Positions 50,337-63,827 of a stretch of 64,000 bases of DNA are shown piece by piece. The notes under the pieces are model-generated. The model was not told the origin of the DNA, did not search any database, and saw nothing but the letters and a program-made list of their open reading frames with translations. Each line of letters opens with the position of its first letter. The first letter of the stretch is position 1. Both the position numbers and the translations under genes were made by a program. The DNA is from Octopus sinensis (taxonomy: Eukaryota): contig NC_042998.1 in assembly GCF_006345805.1 (NCBI RefSeq), positions 98,890,001 to 98,954,000 of the forward strand, read 5' to 3'.

Positions 50337-50567
50337 ATAGACACGTATACATTTGTTAACATTTATCTGAAGAGTGGACTGTGGAGGACATGGCTTAGTG
50401 TTTAGAGTGTTGGACTCATGATCGTAAGACTGTGGTTTCAATTCCTGGACTGGGCGATGAGTTGTGTTCTTGTGCAAAGAACTCCATTTCATGTTGCTCC
50501 AGTCCACTCAGCTAACAAAAATGAGTATTCCTTTGACAGACTTTTGTCCTGTCTAGTGGAGAACATA

Positions 50568-51463
50568 TGAGGAGCTACCCAATAGTAATTGGAAATGTTC
50601 TCTGTGGAACAAACCCATTGTAGTTCACGCTTCTGCCACTAGAAGCCACTTGATGTGTCCCTCAGGCATCAGTGCGCCAACCAGCGACATCTGGTTAAGT
50701 TTACTGCACACGGTGCATCTTTGTTTTGCTGTGCTTCTCCCCCATTTGCCAATTTTTGCGATGGCTGAAATGACTGGACAGTGTGCTTCTATGAAATTCT
50801 GTTTTCTGCTGGGGAAAACCGCTGCCAAAACAGTTGTCATACTTCAAACTGCTTACAAGGATGCTACCATGAGAAAAACACAAGTTTACAAGTGGTTTCC
50901 ATGTTTCAGGAATGGTCACTTGTTGCTTGAAGACCAACCTTGTTCAGGACAACCATTGACCTCCTGAACATGTGAAAACATGAAAATTCATGAATTGATC
51001 TTGGAGGATCGTCACCAAACAATTGACAAACTTGTTGATATGACTGATGTGTCCTGGTGCTCCTGCCAATGAATTTTGAATGAGGAATTGCAAATGAAAA
51101 GAGTTATAGCAAAATTTGTTCATTGCTTGCTCATGGAAGCCCAAAAGCAGTCATGACTGAGTATATGTCATGAACTAAAAGAACAGTTGGAAGTTGATCT
51201 AGACCTTTCCTTGAAGGTCACCACTGGTGATGAAAGCTGGTGCTATGGAATTTGCAGATGTGGAAGAGGTGAAGAAAAAATGACAAAGGCTTTAAAAGGC
51301 ATCACTTCACAAGAGTTCCAGCACTGCTTCGAACAGTGGAAAATGTACCTGGACCAATGCAGTGCTTCACATGGAGGATACTTTGAAGGCAATAAAAGGA
51401 TAAATGTAAAACTGAGTGAATTAAATAATATTGTAAAATTTGGGTTTCTTTTGGGTACCCTCT
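50568..51463 (+). mobile_element. Internally deleted mariner
   Basis: TA-flanked imperfect TIRs; MKFCFLLGKTAAKT...VYKWF, VTTGDESWCYG and FQHCFEQWK remnants with the catalytic middle missing. Confidence 0.8.
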
Positions 51464-51968
51464 TATATATACCACAGAATCCATGGGAACCAGCCTTATG
51501 AGTCTATATGACATGGGAAGCAGCTTTATCTGAAGGGTAGACTATATGTAGAAGCAGAACAAGTAACTGAATGAAAGTATGAGAAAGATGCTAATGAGAC
51601 CAGGTAAAAGTGGCATGGGGAAGAAGAAAGGAAAATATAGGTGAGCATTCACCAAAAAACATTGTTACTAATTAAATAATGTTTCAACAGAGCAATTGGC
51701 AAAACTGTATTTGTTCTCATTTGTATCTTGTGGGTATGCATATCATTGCTGTTAAAACTGACAGCATGTTGTTTGCAAGCCAGTTGTTCATATTCACTCC
51801 AGTTTCAATTCCCATTTGGCACTGATTTTGTTTTCATTATCAATGCACTTATGAAACATCACAGTCGCATCTTTCTCATTTACAGAAAATTTTTGAATAT
51901 AAGAAAATATTTTAGTTGTTATATTGTTGGAAGCCAGAAAATGGATGCAGGAGATATAACAGACTTAC

Positions 51969-52073
51969 CAAGAGCTGGTTGAGGACTGAGGAGGAAGCCT
52001 GGCCTGGGTGCACACTCATAATGGAACTTGTGCCTATGAGAGATGGAGATCTTTTATCAAGATCCCTATTCAC
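51969..52073 (-). CDS. Candidate 105-nt internal exon (VNRDLDKRSPSLIGTSSIMSVHPGQASSSVLNQLL), phase 0-0
   Basis: Donor TTG|gtaagt, acceptor catcag|; only one frame is open; unique sequence. Confidence 0.55.
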
Positions 52074-52315
52074 CTGATGTTACTAGATGAGTGGTAGGGG
52101 ACTAACACTAAGATATTGTTATATTTGGATATAGATACTGATGTGGATATAGACATGGGTGTGACTGTGTGATAAGAAGTTTGCTTCCTTACCTCATGGT
52201 TCTGAGTTCAGTCTCACTGCATAGAACCTTGGGCAAAATTCTTCAACTAAAGCCTTGGTCCAACCAAAACCTTATGAGTGGATTGTGTAGATGGAAACTA
52301 AAAAAGGTCCAATCA

Positions 52316-52399
<84 letters not shown>

Positions 52400-53918
52400 C
52401 GTGCGTGTTACTGTTTCCTTGACTTGACATCACATGATAGTTGTAACTGAGTGTCACCATCATGCAAGCCGTATCCTTTGTTTCCAACCTTCATAAAAAC
52501 ATGTCTGGTCATGGGAAAACAGATGTGGGTTGGTGACAGGAAGGGAATCTGGGCTTAGAAAATCCACCTCAACAAATTCTGTCTGACCAATGCAAGCATG
52601 GAAAAGTGGACGTTAAGAATGATGATGATGTTGTTAGCTGTTGTTGTTTAACCCCAGGCATATTAGATGTGTGGACAGTGGTGCATTTTATTGAAACCAT
52701 GAGTAATTCATTTCCTCTCAGGTCATTTGCATGATGAAGTTAAAAGGAATCTCAGGATAACAAGACTCATTGTTATGTTTGCAAAGGAAAGAGGGTTGAC
52801 AGTGAAATGGCCTGAAATCAGAACCAGTACTCCAGCTTTTAGATCATGTAGAGGTGTTCCATGCAAATTGTGAGGATTATAGTTTGACTACAATCATGTT
52901 TTGTGAACTGATGTAACACAAAAAATGGAAGCAAGCATCATCTGCAAAAGAGTAATGATATCAAATACATTAGCAGTTTCCTATTCAATAAATAGGTTAA
53001 ACTATCTGCGATAACATTGTTGCTTTTCATGATCAGTTGCTTTTATTTCTTGTATTGGCATGACTATATGAGAAGAGCTTTGATTTAGTTTTGAGCAGTT
53101 GCGAGATCAATATCCTACTGCTGCACTGATTTTCATAATGATTTTGATGATTAAGCAGCATGCAGTCAAAAATATATAACATTTATTTGATTCGCTCTGA
53201 TGGTCTTCCATTATGCTTGGCATCTTCTATTGAACTCCTTCCATAGAATTTATCTATGATATTAAAAATGGTCTGAAGGTGCAAGGCCCAGTGGTTATGG
53301 TGTTAGATTCATGATCACAAGATTGTAGTTTTAAATCCCAGATTGTCAGTGTGATGTGCTCTTGAGCAACACTCTTTATTTCATGATGTTTTGGTCCAAT
53401 CAATTGTAAATGAGTAATGCCTGTGACAGATTGACATTCTGATCAGTGGAATGGTATCATTTAAAAGATACAACAATGCCAGGAAACACATTGTGACCAG
53501 CAATATATAGCAACATTAAATAGTCTGTTTGACATAGGGATTACAAATGGTGAGACAATGATTACAAGTGATATAGCAATGTGAAACAAGTGCATCTGGA
53601 AATTTGTCAACAAACTTCTGACATACTAAGTCTCTGTAATGACCAACTTCTCAAAATATGTATTTGAAGAGAAAAACATTCCTCAATGATCAATGCTATA
53701 CCTCTGCAACAACTAAATTTGAAATACAGATAAGTCAATTACAAAAGTGCATGGTGAGTTAGAAATGAACTTTGATTATGAGAGAGAAATACAGATAAAC
53801 TTTAAAAAGTGTACAGTGACTTTCCAAATAACACTGTGTTTATGTATGTACATATATATGTGTATATATATTGTGTGTGTGTATGTATATATGTATGTAT
53901 GTAAGGTAGGTAGGAAAG

Positions 53919-53950
<32 letters not shown>

Positions 53951-54145
53951 TATCTGTTGGTGTGTGTGTGTGTGTGTGCATAATTCTCTGTGTGCATGTG
54001 AGTATTCATGTTTGTGTGTGTGCGTGTATGTATTTTTCTCTGATAAACATTGGAGATAAAATAGATTAACATATACTTTCAAAAGAAAATATCAAACAGT
54101 ATTTGTTCTACACAGGTTAACAGAGGCTCCTTGTATATAAATATA

Positions 54146-55612
54146 TTGAGTCATCCTATAAATAATGTGGTTTTCAAATACTTCTTTTATTTTTCAAAAT
54201 TAAGATGAATAAAGTTCTTTTTCATCTAAATTATATACTCTCCTTCATTTTCTACAATGCTCTTCCATCTATCTGGTAGACTTGCAAGGCCCCTCTTCCA
54301 AAATTCACTTGTTCGTGATGGAAAATACTCCTCCAGTACTGTTCTGACCACATCTACAGAATTCATATTTTTTCCATCCAAATGATTTTGAAGACTTCTG
54401 AATAAATGATAATCAGATGAGGCAATGCCCGGCGAATATGGTGGGTAGAGTATTGTTTCTCATTCAAACTGCTCCAGCCTTTTGAATGTCATCCTCGCTG
54501 TATGGGGCCAAGCATTATCCTGATGGAAGAACACCTTTCGTTTTGAAACCAAAGATGGTCATTTTTCTTATAGTTCTGACTTAAGCTGCTTAAGCTGCTC
54601 GCAGTAGATCTCCTTTGTTATTGTTTGTTTTGAGTTTAAATGTTCAAAGTGGATTAAACCTTTCATATCCCACCAAACAGATAACAACACCTTACATGAA
54701 GATCTGTAGAGCTTGATGAAGATGTCCTGCAAACCTTGTGGGAACAAAATCCCTTTGTAACTGTGGAGGAACCAGCTAAGAAACTTGGATTTGGTCTTTC
54801 AACCATTCATTGACAACTGAGTGCCACTGGAAAAGTCAGCAAGTTGGGTCAATGGATTCCTCACAAACTTTCCAAGTCTAATCACATGCAGAGAGTTAAT
54901 ATGTACTCTTCTTTGCTGTTACATCTCATGAATGAACCTTTTTTGGACCAAATAGTGACTGATAATGAGAAATGGGTTCTTTACAAAAATGTCAAATGCT
55001 GAATACAGTGAGTAGGGAAAGGAGGAACACTAGCACCCCAGGCTAAAGAAGGTCTTCACTCACATAAGGTGTTGTTATCTGTTTAGTGGGATATGAAAGG
55101 TTTAGTCCACATTGAACATTTAAACCCAAACCAAGCAGTAACATGGAAGATCCACAGTAAGCAGCTCGAGTGGCTTAAATTAGCACTATAAGAAAAATGA
55201 CCATCTTTGGTTTCAAACTAAAAGGTGTTTTTCCATCAAGATAATGCTCAGCCACATACAGAGAGGATGACATTAAAAAGGCTAGAGCAGTTTGAATGGG
55301 AAATGATGCCCCACCCAGCATATTTGCCAGACATTGCCCCATCTGATTATCATTTATTCTGCAGTCTTCAAAATCATTTGGACAGAAAAAATATGAATTC
55401 TGTAGATGAAGTCAGAACAGTACTGGTGGAGTATTTTTTGTGATGGACAAGTGAATTTTGGAAGCGGAACCTTGCAAGTCTACCAGATAGATGGAAGAGC
55501 ATTGTAGAAAATGAAGGAGAGTATATTTTAGAGGAAAAAATAATTTTGTTCATCTTAATTTTGAAAAATAAAAGAAGTATTAGAAAACTGCATTATTTAT
55601 GAGATGAACCAA
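54146..55612. mobile_element. Fold-back mariner derivative with ~560-bp inverted arms made of the transposase 3' end
   Basis: 54146-~54700 is the diverged reverse complement of ~55060-55612. Plus-strand remnants FHQDNAQPH and HPAYLPDIAPSDYHLF; the spacer holds the transposase middle (WIPHKL, TDNEKW). Confidence 0.85.
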
Positions 55613-55614
55613 TG

Positions 55615-55647
<33 letters not shown>

Positions 55648-56061
55648 ATATATATATATATGTGTGTGTATATATATATATATATATATGTGGAACTTAA
55701 TATCATGTAAACCAATGTCTCTCATTTTTCATTTTATATGTATATGCCGAACTTTAATGCTTTGCATGGTATTGTAGTATTATTGTTGTTGTTGTTTTTG
55801 CTATTATGTTGCTAAACGCATATATACATACAGGTGTGGCAGAAGTAAGGCCCTTTTGTATTTGAATTTTCTAGTTTCTAATTGAGCTACTTTTTTATCT
55901 CCTAAAACTTCTGTGATTTTTTTCATTGGTTTATTATTCGTTTCTTTGAGTAATGCAATAAATTTGTGTTCTATAAAAAATGACTTCATAAACATTTAAA
56001 TACTGTAAAAGCTATTAAATGTAAAATGGGTGTTACTTCTGCCACTCCCTGTATCATCATC

Positions 56062-58310
56062 ATCATCGTTTAACGTCCATTTTCCATGCTAGCATGGGTT
56101 GGACAGTTTGACCGGGGTCTGGAAAGCCAGGAGACTGCACCAGGCTCCAGTCTGATCTGGCAGTGTTTCTACAGCTAGATGCCCTTCCTAACGCCAACCA
56201 CTCCATGGGTGTAGTTGGTACTTCTTATGTGCCACTGACACAGAAGCCAGTCAAGGCGGCACTGGCATTGGCCATGTTCGGATGGTGCTTTTTATGTGCC
56301 AAACGCACGGGTATCACAGCTACAATTTCCATTTGATTTTCATTTTGATGTTGATATACTTGACTCAATAGGTCTCCTCAAGCACAGCAGGTTACCCTAC
56401 TTCCCAATGTACTTTTGAATGGGATGGTGCTGGTTATGTGAAACTGGTCTAGGATTCAGCCGTGAACTCTCTTTATTTGCTGGGTCTTTGCAGTCACAGC
56501 ATATCTCCAGAGGTCTCGGTCTTTCGTCATTGCCTCTGTGAGGCCCAACATTCAAAGGTCATGCTTGACCACCTCATCCTATGTCTTCCTGGGTCTATCT
56601 CTATTCCGGATTCCTTCAACTGCTTGGGAGTGGTACTTCTTCACATATCTCTCCTCATCCATCCATAGTACATGACCATACCAGCACAAATGTCTCTCTT
56701 GCACGCCACATCCTATGCTTCTTATGTGTAACATTTCTCTCAGGGCGCTTACACTGTTGTGTGTGCACACTGACATTACACATGCAGCAGATCCTGCTAG
56801 CGTCATTTCTTTCGAGCCTACACATCTCCTCCACAGTCACAACCAATGTTTCACTGCTGTGAAGCATGGCAGTTCACACACGGGCATCGTACAATCTACC
56901 TTTCACTCTGAATGAGAAGCCCTTAGTCACCAGTAGGGGTAGAAGCTTTCTGAACTTTGCCCTGACTATTCTTGTTCTAGTGGTAACACTCTCTGAACAT
57001 CCATCCCCACTACAGACTTGGTCACCTAGGTAGCGTTAGCTATCAACTACTTCTAGTGTTTCCTCCGGCATGTGATGGAATCTGTTTTCTGAGCATCTGT
57101 GTGTTTATTGCCCCTGTGCATCTGCCACACACAAAAGCTATCTTCTTGGTTAATCTTCCTTTGTTGTTGTTGTACCTCTTATGTGTCCATAGCTTACACT
57201 GAGTACATCTTATGGAGTTTCTACCAACACCTTTTCTATAGATCGAGCAGGGCCACCTACCTGAGTGGGTATGTGATGTGTTCACCTCACTACTTACTAG
57301 AACTTTGGTCTTTGCTACATTGACTCTAAGGCCTTTTGATTTTAAACCTAGCTTCCACACCCAAATTTTCTTTTCTAGTTCTGGTAGGGATTCTGCTAAG
57401 AGGGCTAGGTCATCAGCATAGAGGAGCTCTCAGGGACAACCCTGGAGGACTATGATGAATAAAAGGGGACTGAGAGCTGAGCCTTGGTGGACCCCTACTT
57501 CTACCCAGGATTCTTCACTATATTCATTTCCAATCCTAACCTTACTAATGGCCTCTCTGTATAGAGCATGTACAGTCCTTATTAACCATTCGTCAATCCC
57601 CAGTTTCTGCATTGACCACAAGATAAGGGATTGGGGGACCCTGTCAAAGGCTTATTCCTAGTCCACAAAAGCTAAGTATAGGGGTTTATCTTTAGCTATG
57701 TATTTCTCCTGCAGTTGTCAAACCAGGAATATGGCATAAGTGGTGCTTCTACCCGGCACAAAACTAAACTGCATCTCATCTAAGCAGACTCTGTCCCTAG
57801 CAAGATGGGCTATGACCCTCTCCATGACCTTCATCACCTGATCCAGTAGTTTGATACCCCTGTAGTTATTTCTATCTAGAGCATCACCTTTGCCCTTGTA
57901 GCAGTTGACTATGGTGCTGCTACGCCAGTCATTGGGTATGACTCCATCATGAACTACCTGGTTTACAATGCGGGTGACTAGGCAATAGCCCACACCACCA
58001 GATGTTTTAAGCATCTCAGCAAAGATTCCTGATGGACCGGGGGCTTTTCCTAGCTTCATACCCTTAATTGCTTTATCTACAAGGAAGCTGTCTTTTGGGA
58101 TAGCTTGACCCTCTACTGGGTCAACATTTGGCAGGCTCTCCTCCTCCCATTCATTCTCCATGTTCAGCAGTCTTTCATAATGGCTTCTCCAAACCTCTTA
58201 CTTTTCCGAATCATTAAAAGCAAGTGCACCATCATCCATGCGGACACATTTCTCTCCTATGACATTACAATTTTCTCTCACACACTGTCTTGCAATCCAG
58301 GTTGTATGAC
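56062..58310 (-). mobile_element. 5'-truncated RTE LINE with degenerate RT and tail
   Basis: ORFs 57718-58161, 57430-57621 (GVHQGSALSPLLFIIV), YADDL (~57410-57425), 57043-57360 and 56579-56867. Confidence 0.9.
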
Positions 58311-58720
58311 CACTTGGATTAAAATCTCTTCTCAAAGATGACTGATATTAGTGAATGAAATTTTATTGTGCAGTAGATATGAAATATGATAAAACCACAT
58401 TCAAAAGTAAACTATCTAAAATTATTATCAGACTCATTAGTCACCTCCGTAAGCTCATTTATTAAATCAAATCAACCTACTTCCTAAAGCTTTGGTCATT
58501 CTCTGCAGTACTGACTGCATAATCATAAGTTTAACCTTTCATCAGTAAAGCCATTGTTGTGTGATACAGTTTCAAAAATATATTTATTGCTTTCTTTGAT
58601 TTGTCTAGTTTACAATTCACTTCCACTCCTGCACATTTGTAGGACATAGTTGTAAGTAGACATTCCAGCTGTAAATTCAAATGTTCCCACAATATGCAAA
58701 TTTGTTTGAAAACAACCTAC

Positions 58721-58773
58721 CTGAGCTTGCATAGCAAAAGGTATATTTAACAGGGAAAATGTAATATTTTTAG
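58721..58773 (-). CDS. Candidate 53-nt exon (KNITFSLLNIPFAMQAQ), phase 1-0
   Basis: tattcag| ... CAG|gtaggt; ends in phase 0, compatible with the 52.0-kb exon; weak pyrimidine tract. Confidence 0.35.
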
Positions 58774-58780
58774 CTGAATA

Positions 58781-59162
58781 CTAGCAGTATCGCCCGGCGT
58801 TGCTCAGGTTTGTAGGGAAATAACTATAAAGCATTTTTAGAGAGTTATAGCCAAAAAATAGCAAAAAATGGAAAAAAATGATGGTAAATTTTTTTTTGAG
58901 AGTTAAAAAAGGATGAGTTGCATCCCCTAGACAGTTTGTGGTTTCGTGTTCTGATTCTCGACCCCATGTCGAATTTATCGATTTTTTTCAGAACTGGGGG
59001 AAACTTTTCAAAATTTTGGCTGCGTTAGTTTGAATTATGACATTGGGCTATGTGTGTGTCAAGTTCATCAGAATCGGTTGGAAGCCGTGGTCAGGGTGAG
59101 GGTACAAGCAAACAGACACACAGAAACACGCACAGACAAACTGCCGTTTATATATAGAGAGA
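58781..59162 (-). mobile_element. Short non-autonomous Helitron (382 bp)
   Basis: A|TCTCTCTATATATAAAC ... CCTGAGCAACGCCGGG hairpin ... CTAG|T on the minus strand. Confidence 0.85.
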
Positions 59163-60082
59163 TTATGCTAACATTCCATGGCATTGTTAAGTCATTATTA
59201 ACAACAATATCCTATGACTCTCTTGACCTTCCAATACTCTGATTCTTATTTGTTGTAGGCTTAAAAAATACCTTTACCCAGTTTTTATCTACCTTAAAAA
59301 ATAGCTTTGCCTAGTTCTCATCTTACATTCTCACCTTACATTTTTGCCACCTGTGCCTTCATTGTCATGAAGAGAATCTAAGGAATTTAATTCTAGGATT
59401 TTTAACTCACTTAAATTTTGACTTTGTAACTTCCTTTCTTTCTTACTTTCCCTTTCAATCTTTCATTCTCTTTTTCTTTTACTCTCTCTCATTCTCTCTC
59501 TCTCTCCCTCTCATTCACTCTCATTCACTCTCATTCTCTCTTTAATCAAATTGTATGTCCATTGTGACTTTTGCAGGAGTGATACAGCATTTGCCTGAAT
59601 AATGCCTCAGTTCTAAATCTACCAATATTCCTTATGTCCTTTATATTTCTGAAATCAATAAATTAAGTACTTTTAATATACTATGTGTGGAGGTATATGG
59701 CTCAGAAGTTAAGATATTGCACTTATGATGGTGACTCCAATTCCTGGATCAAGTAATGCATCGTGTTCTTGAGCAAAGCACTTCATTTCACACTGCCCCA
59801 GTCTACTCAGCTGCCAAAAATAAGTTATTCCATGATGAACCAGCACCCTGTTCAGGAGAGGAATATATACACCACAGAATTTGGCCTTATGAGCTTATGG
59901 CTTGGAAAGGACTTTTGATACTATTGAATATATTGTGTGAGGCCTACACATTTGAAAACAGAAACAGTTTTAAATCCAGATTATCTTTCTCCTCTATGTG
60001 ACATTCACCATCAGTTTTATAGCCATGACGATTTAATCTGGTTGGGCTGGTTGTGATCAGATAGAAAACTTACAATCATCAT

Positions 60083-60943
60083 TCATTTAGCGTCCGTTTT
60101 CCATGCTAGCATGGGTTGGACGGTTCAACTGGGGTCTGGGGAGCCCGAAGGCTGCACCAGGCCAGTCAGATCTGGCAGTGTTTCTACAGCTGGATGCCCT
60201 TCCTAATGCCAACCACTCCGAGAGTGTAGTGGGTGATTTTATGTGCCACCGACACAGGTGCCAGACGAGGCTGGCGAACGGCCACGCTCGGATGGTGTTT
60301 TTTATGTGCCACCGACACAGGTGCCAGACGAGGCTGGCAGACGGCTACGCTCAGATGGTGTTTTTATGTACCACCGACACAGGTGCCAGATGAGGCTGGC
60401 GAAACGGCCACGATCGGATGGTGTTTGTTACGTGCCCGCAGCACGGAGGCCAGTCGATGCGGTACTGGCTACGGCCACATTCGGATGGTTTTCTTGTGTG
60501 CCACCGGCACTGGTACCTCAAAGATACAAATTCCATTGATGTTCATCTATTTTGATTGATTTTGATTTTCACTTGCCTCAACAGGTCTTCACAAGTGTCA
60601 CAAGAAGGAAGGTATGCACAGGTGGACTGACTACGTCCCAGATAGAGGCCATGGGTTATGGCCTGACTAGTCTTGCCGGGTCTTCAGATGGTGTTTTTAT
60701 GTGCCACCGACACAGGTGCCAGATGAGGCTGGCGAAACGGCCACGATCGGATGGTGTTTGTTACTTGCCCACAGCACGGAGGCCAGTCGATGCGGTACTG
60801 GCTACGGCCACGTTCGGATAGTTTTCTTGTGTGCCACCGGCACTGGTACCACAAAGATACAAATTCCATTGATGTTCATCTATTTTGATTTGTTTTGATT
60901 TTCACTTGCCTCAAGGTCTTCACAAGTGTCACAAGAAGGAAGG
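60083..60943 (-). mobile_element. Young RTE tail with ~62-bp tandem repeats and an internal ~260-bp duplication
   Basis: Reverse complement of the 220-630 subfamily; 60351-60612 is repeated at 60684-60943. Confidence 0.85.
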
Positions 60944-61681
60944 AAAAATCACATTATATTCTTGTGCTCTATAAAGATAATGTCACAAAATAACAAAAGA
61001 ACTTAGAATAATTTACCAACTGATAGAAAGATCTCCAAATGTGTTTCTCTCTTAGTTTCAATTTCAACTGGAACTATATGAAAAAATTTCCCACATAAAC
61101 TGTCACAAATATATTTTCTCAACACTGTCACAGCACACACATTTCCATTTCAAACTATGTCACTGTTGTTACATCTGTATAGTAAATTTGTGTAAGGCAT
61201 GACTTTAAGCTGCATCTGGTAGTGAGGCCTTGGTTCAGGAGTTCCAGAGTTTTGAGAAGTGTGGAACCACCCTTTAGCCACTATCGTTCCCAGATCTACT
61301 CTGACTCATAGTAGTAGCAAGTATCAGGGTCTCAGTCAAAGGTTAATTAGCATATTAGGGCTTGCCTAGCGATGCTTGAGAAGACTGTGTCCTGTGGACT
61401 CTGCAGAAGAAACCTTAATCATTCAATGGCAGGGAAGGTGGTTGCAGCAGTGCATTGTGGGATGCAGACTGCAAACTGAGGCAAGTAAAACATTTGGTGA
61501 TCCACTGCATCTGTCTCCATCTCTCTAGATATCTCAACCTGGTCTTGTTACTAGATCGAGGATGGTCACAGGCATGAGAGTGAGGTTGACAGTGTACAAC
61601 TATTTTACAAGTTCAACAAAGTTATCACATATGTCATCAGTCATCTATAAGGATAACTATGTGGTCTCCAATAGATGAATA

Positions 61682-61855
61682 TATAGTAAACTATATTACT
61701 GTTGGTACACCGATGTATTAAACTATTCACTGTTAGTACACCTATATATTAACTAATATTACTGTTGGTACATCTACACATTAATCTATGCCACTGTTGG
61801 TACATCTATATACTAAATTGTCTGTATTGGTATATCTATATATTAAACTACTGCA
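61682..61855. repeat. Degenerate ~31-bp minisatellite, about 5-6 copies
   Basis: Recurring ACTGTTGGTACAnCTATATATTAAACTAT; a stray unit lies at ~61155-61185. Confidence 0.65.
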
Positions 61856-62329
61856 TTTGATAGTTTATAAATCACATAAACTTATAAGATGCACCTCAGT
61901 TTTGGGAGAGCCTTTTTTAAAAATTTAAAATATAAAACCTTTTTCCACCAGACATTGTTTATCCACTCCATTATCAAGATATTTTAAAGTTTGACGTATT
62001 CATTTCCATATGAAATACCACTATACTTCTTTTTGTTCTTGTTTCAGTGACTGTGTTGTGGCCATGCTGATGCACTACCTTGAAGGGTTTAGTCAAATAA
62101 ATCAACCCTAGTACTTATTTTATTAAGTCTGGTTCTTATGTTATTGGTCTCTTTTGCTGAACCTCTAAGTTACAGGAACATAATCAAACCTACAAAAGTT
62201 GCCAAGCTATATCCAGCCAAAATATTCTGTTTGTTTTATGTTCAAACTGGCCAGATCCGGCCTCTACCTATTCTAGAATGTCATTTTAAATATAGACAGT
62301 CACATCATTGAAATCTCAAAGTTATGAAA

Positions 62330-63075
62330 TCTCAAAGTAATTCAAAACAATGGAATGAGGTGGTGAAGCACAACCTTTGAACATTAGGCCTCACTGAGAC
62401 AATGACTAGTGACTGAGACCTTTGGAAATATGCTGGAAATATGCTGTGTTTGAGAAGACCCGGCAAGCCAAGTGAGACCATAGCCTTGTGGCCTATGCCA
62501 GGGGTGTAACCAGCCCACTTATGCATACCTTTCCTTCATTGGACACTAAGCTCTGCTTGCAAAGACCTGTTGAGGCAAGTGAAATCAAAATTGAAATCAA
62601 ATTCGATGACTGGCATCTGTGCTAGTGGAGTGCTAAGAGCACCATCTGAGCATGATCGCTGCCAGAGTAGCAAACTGGCTTCTGTGCCGGTGACACATAA
62701 AAAGCATCATTCGAGCATGATCGTTACCAGTGTCACCTTACTGGCACTTGTGTTGGTGGCATGTGAAAAAACATTCTGGCGAGGTCATTGCCAGTGCCGC
62801 TGAACTGGCTCCTGTGCAGGTAGCATGTATAAAAAAAAACATTTGAGCATGGCTGTTGCCAGTATTGCCTGACTGGCCCTCATGTCGGTGGCACATAAAA
62901 ACACCCACTACACTCTCGGAGTGGTTGGCATTAGGAAGGGCATCCAGCTGTAGAAACTCTGCCAGATCAGATTGGAGCCTGGTGCAGCCATCTAGTTTAC
63001 CAGTCCTCAGTCAAATCATCCAACCCATGCTAGCATGGAAAGCAGACATTAAACGATGATGATGATGATGATGTA
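62330..63075 (+). mobile_element. RTE LINE 3' end plus tail
   Basis: WNEVVKHNL.TLGLTETMTSD.DLW ORF end followed by the tandem-repeat UTR and (GAT)n. Confidence 0.8.
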
Positions 63076-63827
63076 TGTAAATAAATAAACATTACATTTG
63101 ATAGAATAATTTGAATGCTAAAGGTTTAAGTATCATTTAAATCCAGTGTTATAATTACTAAATGCAATGCTTATATGATCTTATATAATCATAAAAACTG
63201 AGTAGAGCATAACAGAAATCAGAAAAAAAAGCATTTGGGAAAAAATATCCAGAATATTTGGTCAGCTCCAAATACACGTAAAAATATCAGATAAAAATTA
63301 ATATCATTTAACAATATTCTACATTGTCTTTTTAGTACAATTTTAAAACATGAGAAAGTAGGAAATTTATTTTATATTCATGATAAAATTGAGAAAAATT
63401 GAAGCTTATTTTATTAGTAATGAATTCTGATGCTGCAGATTTATGAAAAGGAATGAGTTTGCAAATTAATAAAATAGGCTCTTTCCTCAGTTAACTGAAT
63501 TTAATCTCAAAAAATATTTGTTCAGTCATTACTACTAGACTTTGGTTTCTTTAAACTACAACTCAGGCCTTCATAGGTCCACCTATCAATGGGTTTGTGC
63601 GTGTGCGCATGTGTGTGTGTGTGCGTGCGTGTGTGCCTGTCTGTGTGTGTGCAAAGGTAATGCTTTGGTTTCACTGCATGTTCAAAGGAAATTATTCCTT
63701 TTGTTTTTACAAATTATACACTATTTTCTCAGTTGAAGATGTCCAAGAGCCTTCCAAATGTTCTATTACCATTTTCTGTTGCAGTAGCTCAGTTATCATT
63801 TTCCTTATCAAATTGTATTACTTGTAA

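Noticed and set aside
59937-60035. Minus-strand open frame RLNRHGYKTDGECHIEEKDNLDLK with a possible acceptor
   Set aside because: Only weak donor candidates and no independent support; it could be an exon of the unidentified gene but cannot be defended from sequence alone.
60233-60480. Regularly spaced ~62-bp repeats (also at 220-450) superficially like a CRISPR array
   Set aside because: The units are whole tandem repeats without unique spacers, belong to the RTE 3' UTR, and no cas genes are present in this eukaryotic context.
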